64,000 bases of DNA from Antedon mediterranea (lineage: Eukaryota; Animalia; Echinodermata): the NCBI RefSeq assembly GCF_964355755.1, contig NC_092674.1, forward strand, positions 28,520,001-28,584,000, read 5' to 3'. Below the pieces are notes generated by a model. That model saw nothing but the letters and a program-made list of their open reading frames with translations. It was not told the origin of the DNA and ran no database searches. Below, piece after piece: positions 10,985 through 26,400 of the stretch. Every line of letters begins with the position of its first letter. Position 1 is the first letter of the stretch. The position numbers and the translations under genes are program-made.

Positions 10985-13900
10985 CTATAAACGAAAAAGA
11001 AAATAATAATATTACTATCCTATCAAAACTAAAGCTCTGTCTACACTATTAAACTTTATGTGACAAAAATAATGTGATGTGTCCATATATATACATGATG
11101 ATGTCATCCAACTACCATATTTGGGCATATCACTACCATATTTGGAACCATCACACTTTTTTGTCACATAATGCTTTAACAATGGTAAAGACTACTAAAG
11201 CCTTACTTTACACTGAACATCACAGCACAACATACCTTTATAAAAACTGTAAATTTTAGTAAAAAATTAATAAAACAAAGTATTTCAAACGATAAAAGGA
11301 AATAGAGAAATAATCAAAATTAAGAAAAATTTAAGTTTACCTAATTAACAGTCTCTTCATAGTCTACTATTTTCAATAGATCTCTTGGTCTTTTTTGAAG
11401 AAATTAATTTTACACTTACAATTTTTACACAAAAATGTATTCACAACCAAAATATAGACACATACATTACATGCTAAACCCACTCTTCACCCAAATTTCG
11501 AAAATGATTACAAATTACAATGCAAAAGATAGAGTAGATACAGTTTTAACTTTAACACTTCATTATACAATTTTCAATAGGCCCTAAATCAAAATCCTGG
11601 ATCCGCCACCGATAGCATTACCTGCAAGCATTTTGTGAACAGTTTGTGTAACGTCTACTTCACAGAGGCTCTGATAGGTGATGGCGTGGTACAATCGCAC
11701 CACCGCGCTACTCTGCAACGACACCCACACGCTCCATCCGCTACTAACCATTGCATAAACAGCTCGTTGGGAATCATCGCTAACAGTAAACTGATGCTGA
11801 AATACAAATAAATTTAAACTTATTTTCCTTTTTGTTAAACAATTGAAAGTTAGAATGAAAATGAAGTCCAATGAAAACTAAGGAAAATGCACAACAAAAA
11901 CAAGAAGAGACAATGGAAACAAAGAACTAGATAATATTTACAATAATAGAACTCATATATATTAATATATGATTACTCACTTCAACTGCAAGAGTGTGAG
12001 GGTCGACGATAAGTACACTATTATGACATCCACACCATATTTTCGAGCTAACAGCAACCATACAATTGATGGGCGTGTTACTGCTACCAATCGTAAGTGA
12101 TATTGGGTTGCAGGTGTCCCAAGATTTACCTGTAATAATAAAAAAAATATATAATAACTACATAAGTATTCCAAGACACAACTTTGCGCTGATTACTAGC
12201 TGCATTTGGGAGAATGTTTCCATTCCATTCAATGTTTGATCCAAAAAAACATCAAGTGCTTTTAAATCCAGGATATTATTATATTATCATTAATAGGGAG
12301 GTTTTGCAATCTTACGAATACGATAACGAAAACGGATACGTCATACATTTGTGAAACTTTTGAGCTGATCCCCATTTCATATTCGTAAAGCGTATTCGTG
12401 TTGACGAATATCACCAGTCATATTCGTAACTACAAAACGAGTATAGTTTTTGATCTATTTGCACATTTTGCATTTGAATCAGGAATGATTCATGATTATA
12501 ATATAATTATAGATTTATTGAAAGTAATTTACTAAAGTAATTTACTAAAATGCCAAGTCAATTTTGATAAATAGCAGTTTTTAAAGTCCTCACTCGCTTT
12601 GATGTTACGCTAGGCCTAGGCAGCCAAGCACCAAGCAACACGTACCTGCGCTTCGCTCAAATTTACCGCAGTCATATTTTGGACGCGCCTCAATATTTCG
12701 TTGCCATGCGAAACAGATTTTTTTATGGCTTATGAAAACGAATACGTGTGCGTGACGTATCCGTTTTCGTTATCGTATTCGTAAGGTTGCGAAACCTCCC
12801 TATTATAAACAGCACGTAGCTTTTATTCACACTAAAAAGGGGTCAGAAACCTATTTCCCATCACTTCCAATCCTTTTCTTTAGTTTGAAGAGGGCACTCC
12901 AGCAAAAAGAGCATTCAAACAGGCTTACAAAAAAAGTGTGATGTGCCCAAATATGGTAGTGATGTGCACAAACATAGTAGTGATATGACATCATCATGCC
13001 CATTACATTTTTTGTCACATTAAGTTTGATAGTGTAGACAGAGCTTTACAGAAAATAGTGTACCATTGAACAAATAGTAACCGCCTCTAAATTAAAGCCA
13101 CCAGAAAGACATACCTTGTTCCCGTTTGTATACCGTGAGGTCACCGTTAGCCAATGAGATGAAGACTTTGTTGTCGATATACAAGATGCAATGAACCGAA
13201 GCAGGGTGCCGAATCTTAGCCCTACTTTTTCGTTTTGTGCTGATGTTGTCTCCACATTGGTAAACATGAATACTGGAAAAAAAAACCACAAAAGATAAAT
13301 GAAAATGGAATGTTTCTTATTTTTATATCTATCTAACTGATTCCACTTCGGAAAAATTAACCGATAATTAATAAAAAAAAAATAAAGATTAATAAAATCA
13401 GATTTTGAATAGGCCATTTTGCAGTTTTAATAAAGTTATTCACTTCTGTAGGAAAAAAAGATAAATGAAAATGGAATGTTTCTTCTTTTTATAATTAAAT
13501 TACCCTGTGGAAACAGGGTCTAACTGATTCCCCTTAAATTAACCGATAATTATCTCATTCAAATCGGATAAATTTTAACCTTTGACCTGAAGGATAAATC
13601 ATTGTGTTGTGATTGGGTCCTTGGTTGTTTGGTAATGTCTGATTATGTGCACTTTATTTTTGTATTACTTATCTAACGGGTTGAAAAATTAACTGATAAT
13701 TTTGTTATGGCTGCGAAAAACACGGCCATAGTATCTAACTAAACAAAAAAGAAATAATATGCTTTCTGTACGATTATAACTATAATAAACGCCCCACCCC
13801 TAATAAACACCCCGCCCATAATAAATGCCCCGCCCCTAATAAACGCACGCCCCCCCCCCCCTAATAAACGCCCCGCCCCCTGATAAACGCCCCTCTGAGA

Positions 13901-16900
13901 TTTTTTCAATATTGTAGTTAGTGTTCAAATAAAATTGCATGTGTATCCAGTCCATATAGGAGGAGCCTTGGATTGGTATTAAAGAGAAATATATTTATTT
14001 CACCCACTAGCGGTAAACGTGATTATGTATTATGTTAATTCAGTGTGTGTAAATTACCTCAGTATGTGTAATTTATTCCAGTGTGTGTAAATTACCTCAG
14101 TATGTGTAATTTATTCTAGTGTGTGTAAATTACCTCAGTATGTGTCATTTATTCCAGTGTGTGTAAATTACCTCAGTATATGTAATTTATTCCAGTGTGT
14201 GTAAGTTACCTCAGTATGTGTAATTTATTTCAATATATATGTAACAATAAACTGTAAAGCAATTAATTCTGTAGCTGCTATTTTCAATCGGATAGCAATT
14301 AAGAAACATAAGATTTATGTATGCAGGTTCACGACTGTTTCAAACTTCAATGTTTATTTTCTATTAAGCTACATTGATAGACTGCTTGCAACGAACGAAC
14401 AAACGACTGCGTGTAATACGACAGATTGACCTATTCACAATACCCGTTGGCATCAGTTACTGATCTAAGCACATAGCATTAACGTTAAGGATTATTACAT
14501 CAAGCTACCTATTAGATTATCAATCTCAAACTAAACATAATCTGTCTGGATATGTTTTGAAATGTAATGTCTGTATTATTTATTGAAATACGTATTAAAA
14601 TAATTTCTTAATGTTCTCAGCACAACCTGAATATTATTATAGAGCATTGTTATTGTATTTTTAGTGGCACTGTAGTTTGGTGCTTATATGCATGCTTATC
14701 AATCCCACATTCCTGGGGCCAAATCCTTTTGCAAGATTTTGAATAAGTACTATAAGGTAAGCATAATTTAATACAGTAATTATAATTAATAAATATAATT
14801 ATATATAATAATCAAGATGTATTGTCCTCATGAAAAATGAAGATTAATACAAATAAAAAAAAATCCACAAAATAAACCGTTAAATTCAACCAAAACCCGA
14901 TGGACTTCCAGTCAACTTGAATATTTTAAAATTATAGTTTTGTCAAGTAAATCATTTTAATTTCTCGATTCAATTTTTGGTCAAAGTGAATAACTATAAT
15001 GGCATACTATAAAAAAAAACATTTAACAATTTTTTTGTTCTTTAACTGTGAAAAGTGTGTTTGATCTTTCCGTGCCTCCTTTTATAATTGTTTTGTCTTC
15101 TTTGTTATGTATATGGCAGAAATTGAATAAATAAAAAGAAAATAAATTAAAAAAAATAAAAAGTGTAGATATGCCTAGTTTTTATTTATAGTGTAAATGT
15201 GCAACTTTAATAATATTTTTTTGTTTTGACAATTGAAAAAAAAAATGTTTGATGGAAGGCAGCATGTGATTTGGTTCATTTATTGCTTGCTGAACCGTGA
15301 CCAAGTGATCTGAATGCAAGTAGACTTACCATCCGTCCTCTGTACCCAGCCACATGGTAGGCTGCGCTGCTTCAAGACAATCTTTGAATTGTCTGTTGCC
15401 AGAACGAAGCCGTTCAACATCGTCATCTATCACAAAGAAGAGATTAGGATTATTAAACACAAACAAAAATCTTTTATTATGCATAATTATATCTTGTGAT
15501 CACTATTAGAAAGTTTCTTTTGCCAACGTTAAAAAGCGAGGCATATTTTATTTATTTATTCTTTCTTTTGACTGGATTGCATTTTCAGTAATGTAGTACT
15601 GCTTTTCAAAATGGTCCAGTTACAAGGTTTAAAAGTTATAACATATATACAGAAAAATAAAAGCATACATAGGCTTAATTTGAAAGGTATATACAGACAA
15701 GTTAAAAACAAAGTTTCTTTTGTATAAAAGACATATATACATATAAAGAAAAATAAAAAGTAGAAAAAAAACACATATATTTTGATATAATGCATGTTGG
15801 GAACAGCCATAGCTTCATTCTTTACTGGGTAACAATAACAGTGATTTAAAATGCTTTAACAATTCATACAAGCAAAATAAAAAGACAAAAATACCAGAGC
15901 TTGCTTCATCCATTGCGGATTCCTCAACAAACAGTGGACCTTGTTGACCAATCACAGGTGACATGATATCCTCATCCAGTTCGCTGTCGTCCGAGTCAAA
16001 CGCCATGATATCAGCTGCCTTGTTGCTAAGGTTCATTGCAGGAGTTGAATTCATAACAAAACTTGATTTGTTAGCATTCTGGTGGACAACTTTCGGGGTT
16101 GGGGACACGGGTGATGAATTGTTCGGAGGTAAATTCTCCACAGGACGAGGGCGTGGTCTTCTTTTCATTGATGACCTACATAAAATTAAACAATTTAAAA
16201 AAAACATTTATACTTATACTATAAAAGCTTCCTATTGCTAATATTTGTGTGAAAGTAATAGGTTCAAAACCTCACAGAATCAATATTTTTTATGTTGCCC
16301 TGATGGAATTTATTGGTTGCCAAAACATATGGCAGCTAAAATGATCAAACATCTGATCAAGACTGGACTACTTCAACTTAATTTTACTTGGTTGCCCATC
16401 GGGACAAACCCTTTTAATTTCTAGTTGCCCTACGTCAATTTTTAGTTGCCGTATGTCAATTTTTGGTTGCCCGACGTCAATTCTTGGTTGCCCAACGTCA
16501 ATTTTTGGTTGCCTGTCGTCAATTTTTGGTTGCCCCAGAACCAAAGACAACTGCCTCTGCAAGCCCAGCGTAAGTAAAATTCTTGTTTACCTATTGGAAT
16601 GATCTGGTCCAGCTGGCACGGACATGACGCATAAGATCCTGGTGGAGCATACGGATATGCACGACACGACATTTGGATCTGGCGTCATGCTCAACAGACA
16701 CACCTGACCGACGTAGCCATCGCTGTTACACACCCACACATCTCGTAAACTGTTACTCATCGTGCCCAAGCTGGGCGCCGCACACGTGAACTGCATCCCG
16801 CTGCGTGTCTTTGAGATTGGGATTGGGTAAAGAAAAACAGGAGGGAAGTAATCTTTGGAATAGGAACCTGGAGAAAAAAAATTTAAATGTTATCATTATA

Positions 16901-19900
16901 AAATAAATTCAAATTTATTATTTTACAAATTTGAATGTTATTTGGACTAAAATTATTATAAAAAAAAAAAGATTTTGTTTGTTTCATTTGGTACTAACAA
17001 AACATACAAGCTTTTTATTTATCCATCTTCTACTTTTATATTTTATATTTCTATGTTTTGTAAAGTTTATCACGTCTATTTCCAAAATGATTTTTTAAAA
17101 AATGATTAAATATAAAATGTTTTAAAGGCATAAAAACATTAAATGACGAGTATAAATGAAAATGTTAATTTATACTCATTTAATGTTTTTTTTACTAAAA
17201 AAAGCTCTCTATATACTTAGCTTTTAACTTGTTTTTACAAGCATTAAAACTTCATTATTGAATAATCCTAAAATATACAGTTTAATTCTTAAATCCCTGC
17301 TTTGTCAATCAATGATTAAATTGACTTGTTGATTTGGTTTAAGTATGTGAACAATAAATTGTGTTTAATTCCAAGGTACTATAATAGTATTACCTCCAAT
17401 TACAATGAAAGTTTAAAAGCAATTTAAAGGAATAAATACTCACTAAGTTTTAACTTCGCTTCCGTAAACTTGCTTTCAAAATTCATTTTCAAATCTACAT
17501 TGTTAAATACCAGAGTCATCGTTTCTGTTCCTTCCCTATATGAACACAAAACGGACAAAATGTTAATAGGGAGGTTTCGCAACCTTACGAATACGATAAT
17601 GAAAACCGGATACGTCACACACACATATTCGTTTTCGTAAGCCAGTAAAAATCTGTTTTGCATGGCAACGAATATTGAGGCCGCCGTCCAAAATATGACA
17701 GCGGTAAAATTGAACAAGCGCAGGTGGTACGTGTTGCTTGGCTGCCTAGGCCTAGCGTAATGTCAAAGCGAGGGAGGACTTTAAAAACTGCTAATTATCA
17801 AAATTTACCTGGCATTTTAGTAAATTAATTTAGTAAATTACTTTCAATAAATCTATAATTATATTATAATCATGAATAATTGCTGATTCAAATGCAAAAT
17901 GTGCAAAATAGATCAAAAACTATACTCGTTTTGTAGTTACGAATATGACTGATGATATTCGTAAACACGAAAACGCTTTACGAATATGAAATGGGGCTCA
18001 GCTCAAAAGTTTCACAAATGTGTGACATATCCGTTTTTCGTTATCGTATTCGTAAGGTTGCGAAACCTCCCTAATATCTACATAGTAATTAATTATCAAG
18101 GAAAATAGTAGATGGTGCAGCTGGTAGTACCAGTCCTTTGACCACAAGGTTGACAGTTCATATCTAACATCAATCATTTTTGTGTGTGTGTTTTTTTACA
18201 TTGTAAGTAGATTAAAGCTGGTTCATACTAGGATATTAGTGAGCTTTTGATATGCGACAACCAATGACCAAAATATGTCATGTTAGTTTATTGTGCGCAT
18301 GCAGAAATATTGGGATGCGTGTCCTCACCACCTCGACACAGGTTTGATGGTTATTAGGTCCAGGAAACGACTGACGACACATCGATTGACCTGACCTATG
18401 GTTATCTTTCGCAAATCGAAAGATCCCTATTAACTAATAACCATAAATATCCACATACATTTTTCATACAGAAAATAAAAGAATTTATTTTTTTTCAACA
18501 TAAAATTATGGAATAACCATTTATTGTCTTCAAAGAAAAGAATTTTGCACAAATCCAATAAAATGACGTCATGATAAATAAGAACAAAAACATCATTTAT
18601 GTATATTTATCGTCATTCGTTATATTTTTGTCCTAATATGAGTCTTTCAAATAAAATAAAAATGTTTAAACACCCACATCAGTGAATTAGTGGTCTGATT
18701 AGATTCTTAGAAGCAACAAATGTTATTAAGTAACTAATTAACTTCAATTCTCCAATTTCAAAAGTTGACATTTAAGTACAAAATACATCAATATACATTG
18801 ATATTAATTATATTGATTGTAGTTTTTGTATAACCAACACATTACTTCTTGAGGCATCTCATTTCAAATAGACATTAAGAAAAGAAATGCATGAGTAGCC
18901 TAATAGAAATTGACCTCAGTAATTAACTCTGCTTGTTTATGTGCATTGTATATATACAAACAAATGCATAGTAGCTCTTAATCTTCAATACATCATTTAG
19001 TTCCATTATACTAGAAACTGAACTAGACGACAGAAAACAAGGTATGGACTTAACATGGCCGCCCTCTATTAATAATAACCTCAAATAATATGAAGCATTG
19101 TAATACAAACACATGCATAGTAGCTCTTAATCTTCAATACATCATTTAGTTCCATCATAGAGATATTAATATCTCTATGGTTCCATAGAGATACTAGAAA
19201 AGTACTAGAGAGTGAACTAGACGACAGAAAACAAGGTATGGACTTAACATGCTGCCTTCTATAAAAAATAACTTCGAATAATATGAAGAATCATATAAAC
19301 CTACAGTTATATAAAATTAACAAATTGTTAATGGCAAAACATTAACATTTTCATAATATCATAGTAGTATTGCAGTACTTCAACATTCCCCTTAGTCACG
19401 AAAAGTGGTGCAGTGGTAACAAGAAAAGTGAACAATCTCCTGTAGGCCACATGGTTGTCAAAGACCACTGGGAAAAAGTGGTCAGGTTGAAACCATACCT
19501 TACTGGTGGCTATGGCCCTGTTAAAAATGGCACACAGCGAGTCTACAGTTGAAATTAAGGTTCTAAATTTCAAGGATTTTTAATGGCAATGGTCCTTTAT
19601 GTGGTTGTTAATTAGAGATAGGTTTTAATTACAATAGATTTCCTTCCAAAATGCAAATTACTACAGCCAGTTCATTAACTGTTAATATCATATTACTTAC
19701 TCCTACTTCATGGTGTTGTCCATTTAAGATATTCAAGACGTGTATGGTTAACCAAGCATGAATGATGTGACTTATTAAGAAAACCATCTTTATATAGCCA
19801 ATATAGTGTGTAGTGGCACTTTAGTTTGCTTGCCTACAAATCTCAAAGTCCTGGGTTCAAATCAGGTCTGATATCTGATATTGATATTTATTTTATTTCA

Positions 19901-20447
19901 TTTCAAGCACGACACAATAAAGTAAAATTGTAAAACAAAGAAATGAAACAGGCGGATAACCACAAAACAAGCAAAACAGCTTTTACAACTAGTGGTGCCC
20001 TATTAAAGAAACTACTAAACTACAATTTTTCTTATAAATTCTTATTACATTAGCCCCAAATGAAACTCCAAATAAGACATAGTGTTATTACGTGTCAAAA
20101 ACAAAAAGTATTATTTGCACAAACACAACATAATACATTTTTAATTATATAATGTATTGCGAAATGTCATGAACTTACGGAGTTGTCGCTAATAATTCGA
20201 CCTTGTTCATCAGCGCTGGTGGCACGACACGGAGTGTTTGGCGATCAGATATTTTACGATGTATGCCATCCATTAATTCTTTGATTACATCATTCAAAGC
20301 CTTGATAAAATCGTAAACATAAGAAACAATTATTTTATGTAATACCCAAGTGTCGTTTTTGACATTTTAGAATGTATATGACCAAATTAATAACATCAGG
20401 TGACATTACAAAACAAAGGTGTTAAATTTCTTTATGTGTATTGGAAC

Positions 20448-20487
<40 letters not shown>

Positions 20488-23400
20488 ACAGTAAGTTTAT
20501 GTAATGTAGGTACATAAGATCATAAGGTAAATTAACTGGACGTGCCTAACAATAAAGTAGTTCCAGTTGCTATATACCTTATATCTTATGTAACAATAAG
20601 ATTACTATATTTTATTTTGTCTATAATTTGGACTTTTCAGTACCTAGCGGAGGACAGACCTAAATATTTAGGGGTGGTTCCTTGATTTTTTTAGTTTTTA
20701 AAATTGTATATTTAATTTATATACAATACATTTATTTTTATATAAACACATCAGGCACAGAGACATTTTTACTTTTATATTGCAATATTATATAATATTA
20801 TTTAAGAATTTGTTTTGTCTGGAGTTACAGAAACACATCTGGGGTCATTGGCAATTTCTTTCCTTCCTCTATAATTAATAATAATTTTAAGAACCGATTA
20901 GGAGATTAGCCAATAATAATGATGAAAAACAATAATTATTGTAAGCTGATGTAATCCATCTCCCTCTCTTGTTAATTGCCCCATGATGGATGAAAAAATA
21001 TATATATATTGATACTGATAATATTTTGTAAACAAAACAAACCTGATGAGAGCAAGCCAAAGAGTCTGCAAGACCACTAATCTGGTTTAATCTGGTGAGA
21101 TCTTCTTCCAGCTTGCTGATCGTCTGGTCGTAGGCAATCCGTTTCGGTGTATGAGCTGGCTTCACAATCTCCATATCTTCAAGTTGGTACTTCCAGTTGA
21201 GTTTATACTTACTGGCGTCAATTGGTAATGAGGCTTGACTTAATCTAAAATTATTTAAAGAGCATTTTTGTATCAGTATAATATGGTAATATTTTGTTCA
21301 ACGTTTTGTAAATTGTATACACATCCAACAGCAAGTAACTCATTAATTACAGTATAAACTATATCATAGTTTACCTGGTTTCATAAGAGGCTAAAGCATG
21401 GTTCCCACTTTAGACACAACTCAAGGACTTAGATGAATCGCAAGCAAGTTGACCCATGACAAGTGACAGTTTGAATAATCCATCGCTTGTCATTGGTCAA
21501 ATCAGTTTACTTTGCGCTTAGGTCTTTGTGTTGCGTCTACTACTTTAAGGAGTGGGGTAGAAATAACCGTCAGTGAAATCAAAGTCAGGATTGAACCCTG
21601 AACATTGGGATTGGATGGTAACCTAATAACTACCAATGATACAGCTCCGCTATCTACCAAACTTCACTATATTATTAAGTGGGATGAGGTAAAGAGTGGA
21701 CCAATGTGGACTGCACACTGTGGGTTGACATAAACGCTAATATTATACTTACACACTAAAAGACTGCCTCCTTCCAGGACCAGAGCGTCGCTTTACTGAA
21801 GCACAGACTAATAAATCAGAAAACAGGAAAAGGCATCGATCTTTTTTTGCTACTTTCTGTTGAAGATAAAGAGAGTTTGTAAGTGGGAAGATGAATATAA
21901 AAAAATTACTATTATGCACAACACTGTGTAATTCCTTGCTAATTAAATCTGAAAGTGTGCTACTTAAGCCCTGTTTACACTATCAAACAAGTTTGATGTG
22001 CCCAAATATGGTAGTGATATTCCCAAATACAGTAGTGATATGACATTATCATATCCATATATGGGCACATCACATTTTTGTCACATAAAGTTTGATAGTG
22101 TAGACAGAGCTTTAGACAGGTCAGCTGAAGACTTTCTAACAAGCTTTTTCATTTACTTCAATTTTATGTACAGTGCATTTATAACAGCCTACTTATATGT
22201 GCTATACAGTATACGATTTGAATATTACTCTTCTTTCTTACCAGTTCACTGAACGGATACTGGCGGATGAACCTCCGGTTTGGCGCGGCAAGCTCAATGT
22301 TGCCATCTATTAAATTCTCCAGCTCTCGAAGCATGGCAATATCCAACATGGCTTGATCAGCTTCATTCTTCTTATCATCGATTGCACGTGCCAGAGTTCG
22401 AATCTTACTCAATGCCACTTCAAGGTTCTCATGATCTGGATGATCTTCTGGTGTATTGTCTAAGAAATCCTGCAAAAGACAAGATAGTTTAAAGCTCTGT
22501 CTACACTTTATGTGAACTAGTCATACATGTCATCACTACCATATTTAGGCATATCACTACCATATTTAGGCATATCACTACCATATCTAGGCATATCACT
22601 ACCATATTTAGGCATATCACTACCATATTTGGGCACATCCAAACTTTTTTCTCAAACTAGTTTGATAGTGTAGATAGAGATTTTGTTATCAATTTTAACT
22701 AGTAGCATATTTAAGAATGGATACTCTGTATGTCAATATCTCTCACTGTGAAATTGCAAATACAGTATTACGTTGTCTAAAAAAAACCTGAAATACATAT
22801 GCGTATGGAGTTGCCTTTTCTGGTAAAACTTATTATGTATTGGACTACTGTATATGTACTCTAATGTAGATAACTTTACAGGTATGTAGCCACCAGTAAG
22901 TTGGTAAGGTTTCAACCTGACCACTTTTTCAGAGGCCTTTGACAACTCAGTGACTTTAACAGAGACTGTTCCCTTTCCTTGCGAAAACTGCACATCTTTA
23001 TTTCTTATAATGGCTACATCTCACTGCTTTACTGTTAGTAAAATACTGTACTCCTCAATATGAATTAAATATAAACCACATTTGTGTGCCATGCCAGCAA
23101 CCAAATTCCACAGGATATCAATATCTGTGGTTTTATTCTGACTTAACCTTTTTTTGTAATTGTGGTATAAAATTAACCCTAATATGTCATATTATCATGT
23201 CTCTCATGTAAAGAATCTTTGGTTTATTTTATCCTGTGGCCAAATGTGATATAATATCAATTGCTATGCAATAAGACTACACATTATACATAAAGCAATT
23301 AATATTTGTCACGTTTTTAAAGTTCTTTCTACAATATACTGTAACCTCTATCTTTAAATGAATAGGCTTATAGGAGATGTCAGATAAATAGGGGTTATAG

Positions 23401-26400
23401 TGGTTGAAACATAAATTTCCCCCATGTTTGTTTTACGGAATGTGTTCCCTGATTAGGGGTGTCCTCTAATATAGTGATATCCCAAAAGTGGTTCTACTTT
23501 ATATCCTATATATGTGGTTTTAGGCAAAAGGGGCAAGACAACACTAGGCTGGTGGAGGGTGTTATGTGACCATTATGATAAGGCATGTGTGGCGGCACAT
23601 ATGTGGTCAAAGTTCATTTAGACCATGCTGTTCTGTATGTTGTTGTTCACGAGTGTTACAGTATTAAATGGATATACATGAACATCATTGTTGTGCCTCA
23701 TTGTTATAGCCTAGTATTGTTACAGTAAACATGATACATGGTGGCAGCGGTAAACGAGTATGAGTACCCGGATTAAAATTGGAATAGCGATGCAGAGGGG
23801 TTAGTTAGCAATGGGAGGGAGGATTTTAAAATGGATAAATAAAACAATTTAAAAAAAGAAAAAATATCATCATCCGTGGCAAGTATGTATTAAATCATGC
23901 CAGTGATCTTTATTATGCTAATATTGTGGATGTCAGGGTATTCCCCCTCTAATCTGTGAAAACAAAATCTTTTTTAAGGAACTAATGAATTTACACCCAC
24001 AAAAACCCCTTCACTAGGCATGCATAAAGCCAGTAATAAAGTCTTGAGATTGCTTGTGTAATTTAAGCATCGAAAAGCATCCATGGTTCAACACACACAG
24101 AATATCCAATCCATCATTTATAGCCAACTGAGCTTAATTCTAGTATTTCTCAACAAGTTCAATGCCATTACAGTATTCCTAATAATAATTTATCTAACAC
24201 TTTCTGTATCCATCCAAGGTCAGGTTATTGCCATTTTATGTCAAGATGCATAATATGTGTATTATTAATTTAATATGCTTATATTCTAAATGTAAATTTT
24301 TTGTGTATAGGGTACAGTAGCTTTGCATCAGGGAGCTAAGTACTCAAAAAGCTTGAATCCACCCCTAGCCATCAGCGGCAAGCTCGGTGGGCTAGAGGTA
24401 TGAACAACATGCTAGTAGTGAGTCCATGACTGTTTATACAACACGCCAATGTTGATGCTTGTTGATTTAGTGTGATTGTATAAACGGGCCCTAACAAAAT
24501 TACATTAAATCAATAAAAAAGCAAGTATGGTCTCTAATGCAAAGATTCTTATAAAGATCTGTCTACACTATCAAACTTGTTTGTGATGTGCTCAAATATA
24601 AGATGACATCATCGTGTCCATATATGGACACATCACATTTTGTTGTCACATAAAGTTTGATAGAAAGTGTAGACAGAACTTAATTGAGATCTGAAAAAAA
24701 ATACCAGAACATAGCAATGGAAGTTTAGGCCTAGCACGTCGCAAATTCCTTTGCAGAATTATCAAACTTTATTCAAGAGGAAATGTTATTTTATAATTGA
24801 CAGCTATTTTTGACAGCTCTGTTGTTGGGATGACAACAATTAAGCTAAAAAAAGATAAAGCGATCAACTCAAAGTTTAATTGACATCAATTAAGAAGCTA
24901 CGTATTTACAAATAGTGTCATTTTAGGAGAAGAAACATAATTGTCGCAAAATTTCTATTCTCTTAACAGAATTCTATCTTTAGAAATTTTGGAACCGTTC
25001 TTAACGATCATTTTACGACTTTGTTTGTGAACCATTTTTAGAATTGGATATGAAAAGATTCAATACTTAGGCGATGTTTTTACGTAATAAGTATAGAGCT
25101 CGTTGAGTCATACAGAGAAAAATCAGATTGCGCTATCAGCTATAAGACTAAAAACAAAACAGCACATGTTTTTAAAAGATGAGCCAAATAAATTGATTGA
25201 TTTGAGTTATCAACCAGAGTTACACAGCACATACATACTGTATGTACAAACCATGAGCAAAACACTTAAACTATGTGGACAACCCGACACGTTAATCACC
25301 ATTTTATAGTTATACATTATGATTTATTCAAATTTTTTTTTTCTTTAAAAGAAAATCTCATCAGACTTTATAATGTAATAATTTTAATTCTAAAATGAAA
25401 AAAATAAATGTTTATTTGAATTGAAATAATTCTATTGGGGTTCTGAACACAGGAATCGAGAAAAATATGGGTTTTTCAGAAGCTGTACCCAGAAATTCTT
25501 GAGACAACTTCCAAATTACAAATTTATTCTTTGCTTTAGCACAGCTGGTAACTTGTGTTGTTGGCCAATATCCAAAATCTTAATTGCTAATATATTATAT
25601 TATACATTCTTTACCTGTTTAAAGGTAAATGTTTTAGAACATTTTTTATATAAACAAAATAACTGACTTGGCCCTAATAGGGTAGAATACTTTGAAAATG
25701 GGGAATCTGTTATCAAAAGGTGTTGGCATAGAATAAGGAAAACTGGTGATGATGTGCAGAGATTGAGATTCCTATAGTAGCTTTTCAGTGGTAACACAAA
25801 TAAATACAGAAGTTGTTTTCTACAACACCATCTGCAAAGACACAACAATAATAAATAGGTCACAGAAGAAATAACATCGGCAAAATAACGGTTGTTCGAT
25901 CCAGTTTCGATGTTCACACTAGTTGATAGACAATAAATAAAACATTCCAAAATATAAATATTATGACGTTGTTTTAAATGTTTCACATTTGGTTCACCCT
26001 GAAGAACATTGCCATAAAAAACGGTTATTAATAGCACAAACGCAATCCGTCATTACAGTTTTAAATTTCTGTCTACACTATCAAACTCTACAGTATGTGA
26101 CAACAAAATGTGATGTGCCCATATATCACTACCATATTTGGGCATATCACTACCATATTTGGGCATATCACTACCATATTTGGGCACATCACACTAGTTT
26201 GATAGTGTAGACAGCTTAACAACCATATTACAACAATCTATTTCAAATGGTTGGTTTTATTGTGAACGACAGGTATACTTTATCATTAGCACTTTTTCTT
26301 CGAAACTACGTTCAGACAAACAAGTTTAATAGACATCATTAACATCTAAAAATATACTGTTTGAATCATCCTTAATTTAAAATGTTAAAAATATATTGTC

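Noticed and set aside
16368-16562. ORF with QPKIDVG repeats, and the similar HYHIWAY ORFs at 11074 and 25989
   Set aside because: Translations of 21-bp intronic minisatellites.
23109-23129. CACAGGATATCAATATCTGTG palindrome resembling the P-like footprints
   Set aside because: No convincing flanking target duplication.
25600-26037. 145-aa minus-strand ORF
   Set aside because: Composition typical of AT-rich intron sequence with no domain signal; the flanking ARHGEF17 exons join directly without it.
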